This document shows positions 62,525-64,000 of a DNA stretch of 64,000 nt, one piece after another (position 1 is the stretch's first letter; every line of letters begins with the position of its first letter). The notes under the pieces are model-generated. The model searched no databases, was not told where the DNA came from, and saw nothing but the letters and a program-made list of their open reading frames with translations. Where the stretch lies: the NCBI GenBank assembly GCA_963751845.1, contig CAVVWH010000015.1, positions 10,578 through 74,577 on the forward strand, read 5' to 3'. Position numbers and translations under genes: made by a program. The stretch is from an uncultured Bacillaceae bacterium (lineage in GTDB: Bacteria; Bacillota; Bacilli; Bacillales; DSM-1321).

Positions 62525-63670
62525 ATGAGTATTAAAGGAAAAGTTGCTATTGTCGGTGTTGCAGAGACAGATAGCTGGTACATGCCGGATTTGTCTCCTT
62601 TGGATATGATGGCAAAGTCAGCAAAAAGAGCACTAGATGAAGCTGGAATTGATAAATCAGAGGTAGATGGATTGTTTTCTTCTTCATCCAATTATTATAT
62701 GCCTACTCTATCTTTGGGAGAATATCTGGGTATTACTCCACGATATACAGATTCAACAACAATGGGAGGGTCTTCTTTCGTCTCATTCTTGATGCATGCG
62801 GCAGCGGCTATTACAGCAGGTTTATGTAACGTTGCACTAATTTGCTATGGAAGTTCTCAAAGAAGCGACGCGGGTAAGGTACATAGTATGTCTGAAAAAA
62901 ATCCTTTTGAAGAGCCAATTGGAGCTCTGTATCCACTTAGTTCTTATTCGTTAGCAGCTCGACGTCATATGGCTCAATACGGTACAACAAGTGAACAATT
63001 GGCCGAAGTGGCAGTAGCAGCAAGGCAATGGGCGATGAAGAATCCGAAAGCAAGTAAGCGTGAACCACTTACCATTCAAGATGTTCTCCAATCACCGATG
63101 ATTAGTTCCCCGTTGCATAAATTGGACTGTTGTTTGGTTACAGATGGAGGTGGAGCGGTTGTACTAACATCAGCAGAACGTGCTAAATCATTAAAACAAA
63201 AACCAGTTTATCTTTTGGGCGCAGGCGAATCTCATTATAACCGTCAAATCAGCTCGATGCCTGATTTAACTGTAACAGCTGCAAAAACCTCAGGAGAAAA
63301 TGCCTTTAGAATGGCTGGAATTACCCAATCAGATGTTGATTTATTAATGCTCTATGATGCTTTTACTATAAACGTTATTCTTTTTTTAGAGGACTTAGGT
63401 TTTTGTCCAAAAGGAGAGGGTGGAGCTTTTGTTTCAAATGGAAGGATTGCTCCAGGTGGGCAATTAGCAGTGAATACAAACGGAGGTGGCCTTTCATACT
63501 GTCACCCCGGAATGTTTGGAATATTTTTAGTCGTAGAGGCGGTACGACAACTTCGTGGGGAAGCAGACGAACGCCAATTATCTAAATGTGATATTGCTCT
63601 AGTTCATGGTAATGGGGGTACATTATCAAGTCAATCAACTGCCATTTTATCACGTCATAACGGACAGTAA
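62525..63670 (+). CDS. SCP2-type thiolase-superfamily protein lacking the canonical nucleophile motif
   Basis: AIVGV, MGGSS in place of C-x-S, LYDAFT, NTNGGGLS.CHPG. Confidence 0.88.
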   Translation: MSIKGKVAIVGVAETDSWYMPDLSPLDMMAKSAKRALDEAGIDKSEVDGLFSSSSNYYMPTLSLGEYLGITPRYTDSTTMGGSSFVSFLMHAAAAITAGLCNVALICYGSSQRSDAGKVHSMSEKNPFEEPIGALYPLSSYSLAARRHMAQYGTTSEQLAEVAVAARQWAMKNPKASKREPLTIQDVLQSPMISSPLHKLDCCLVTDGGGAVVLTSAERAKSLKQKPVYLLGAGESHYNRQISSMPDLTVTAAKTSGENAFRMAGITQSDVDLLMLYDAFTINVILFLEDLGFCPKGEGGAFVSNGRIAPGGQLAVNTNGGGLSYCHPGMFGIFLVVEAVRQLRGEADERQLSKCDIALVHGNGGTLSSQSTAILSRHNGQ

Positions 63671-63788
63671 GACCCCTACCTTATGACTTCGAATGATAGG
63701 TAGGGTCAACTGCCCGTAAAGACCTGATAAGTGCGACTAACCATAATTGGGAAATGAGGATTCACCCAATTATGGAAGTCTTCATTAT
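63646..63788 (+). repeat. Degenerate bcr1-like repeat that supplies the thiolase stop codon
   Basis: TTTATCACGTCATAACGGACAGTAAGACCCCTACCT...CAACTGCCCGTAAAG...GGAAGTCTTCATTAT. Confidence 0.8.
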
Positions 63789-63917
63789 CATCTGAGAAAT
63801 CATAAATGTATAGTTCCCCTTGTACTTATCTTTTGAGCTAAAGGTTAAGCAAGGAGTGATAGGGACAACTGTCTGAACTATCTGATTGATCACCTATAAT
63901 ATGGAAAGGGTGGGACC

Positions 63918-64000
63918 ATGAACACGATGAGCAGCCATATGTCTAATTTTTATATAGGACAAATCTCCAGCATGGCACGTACATTTACAGAAAAAGATGT
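63918..64000 (+). CDS. 5' end of a probable MaoC-type dehydratase, cut by the window edge
   Basis: MNTMSSHMSNFYIGQISSMARTFTEKD fits the hotdog-fold start; RBS present. Confidence 0.6.
   Translation, partial: MNTMSSHMSNFYIGQISSMARTFTEKD

Overview
AT-rich chromosomal window from an endospore-forming member of the Bacillaceae. 1-11.5 kb holds ordinary cell-wall and housekeeping genes (NlpC/P60, YdjM-family hydrolase with a LexA box, PPK2, yqzD/yqzC-like pair, PLP aminotransferase, class A PBP, YerD-like, DUF502). 11.6-27.6 kb is an accessory, probably spore-surface glycosylation island. It begins near an orphan copy of the rpsI 3' end with integrase-arm-like repeats. It contains rfbF, an NDP-glucuronate decarboxylase-like gene and an NDP-glucose 6-dehydrogenase (a possible CDP-uronate/CDP-pentose route), five tandem mosaic YfnD-like glycosyltransferases, two kinase-fold genes, an epimerase, a cupin, several gene stubs and an IS3 remnant at a duplication boundary. 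28.6-34.6 kb has two TPP-riboswitch units (thiC; thiY-YkoF-like-thiX-thiZ-TatD). 36.9-43.8 kb is a sigma54-controlled acd-hbd-crt-CoA transferase operon. Then come cobalamin riboswitch-bluB, a singlet glycine riboswitch ahead of serA, an acyl-CoA dehydrogenase, mhqO/mhqD-like genes, thrC, an OFA transporter, an AraC-controlled oxidoreductase/isomerase sugar cluster, and a second sigma54 system driving DUF35, a Cys-less thiolase-fold gene and MaoC. Five copies of a bcr1-like mini-repeat with TTTAT ends are present, and three touch or rewrite gene 3' ends. About seven single-base frameshifts are probably sequencing errors. All family assignments come from motif recognition by eye, not from database searches.
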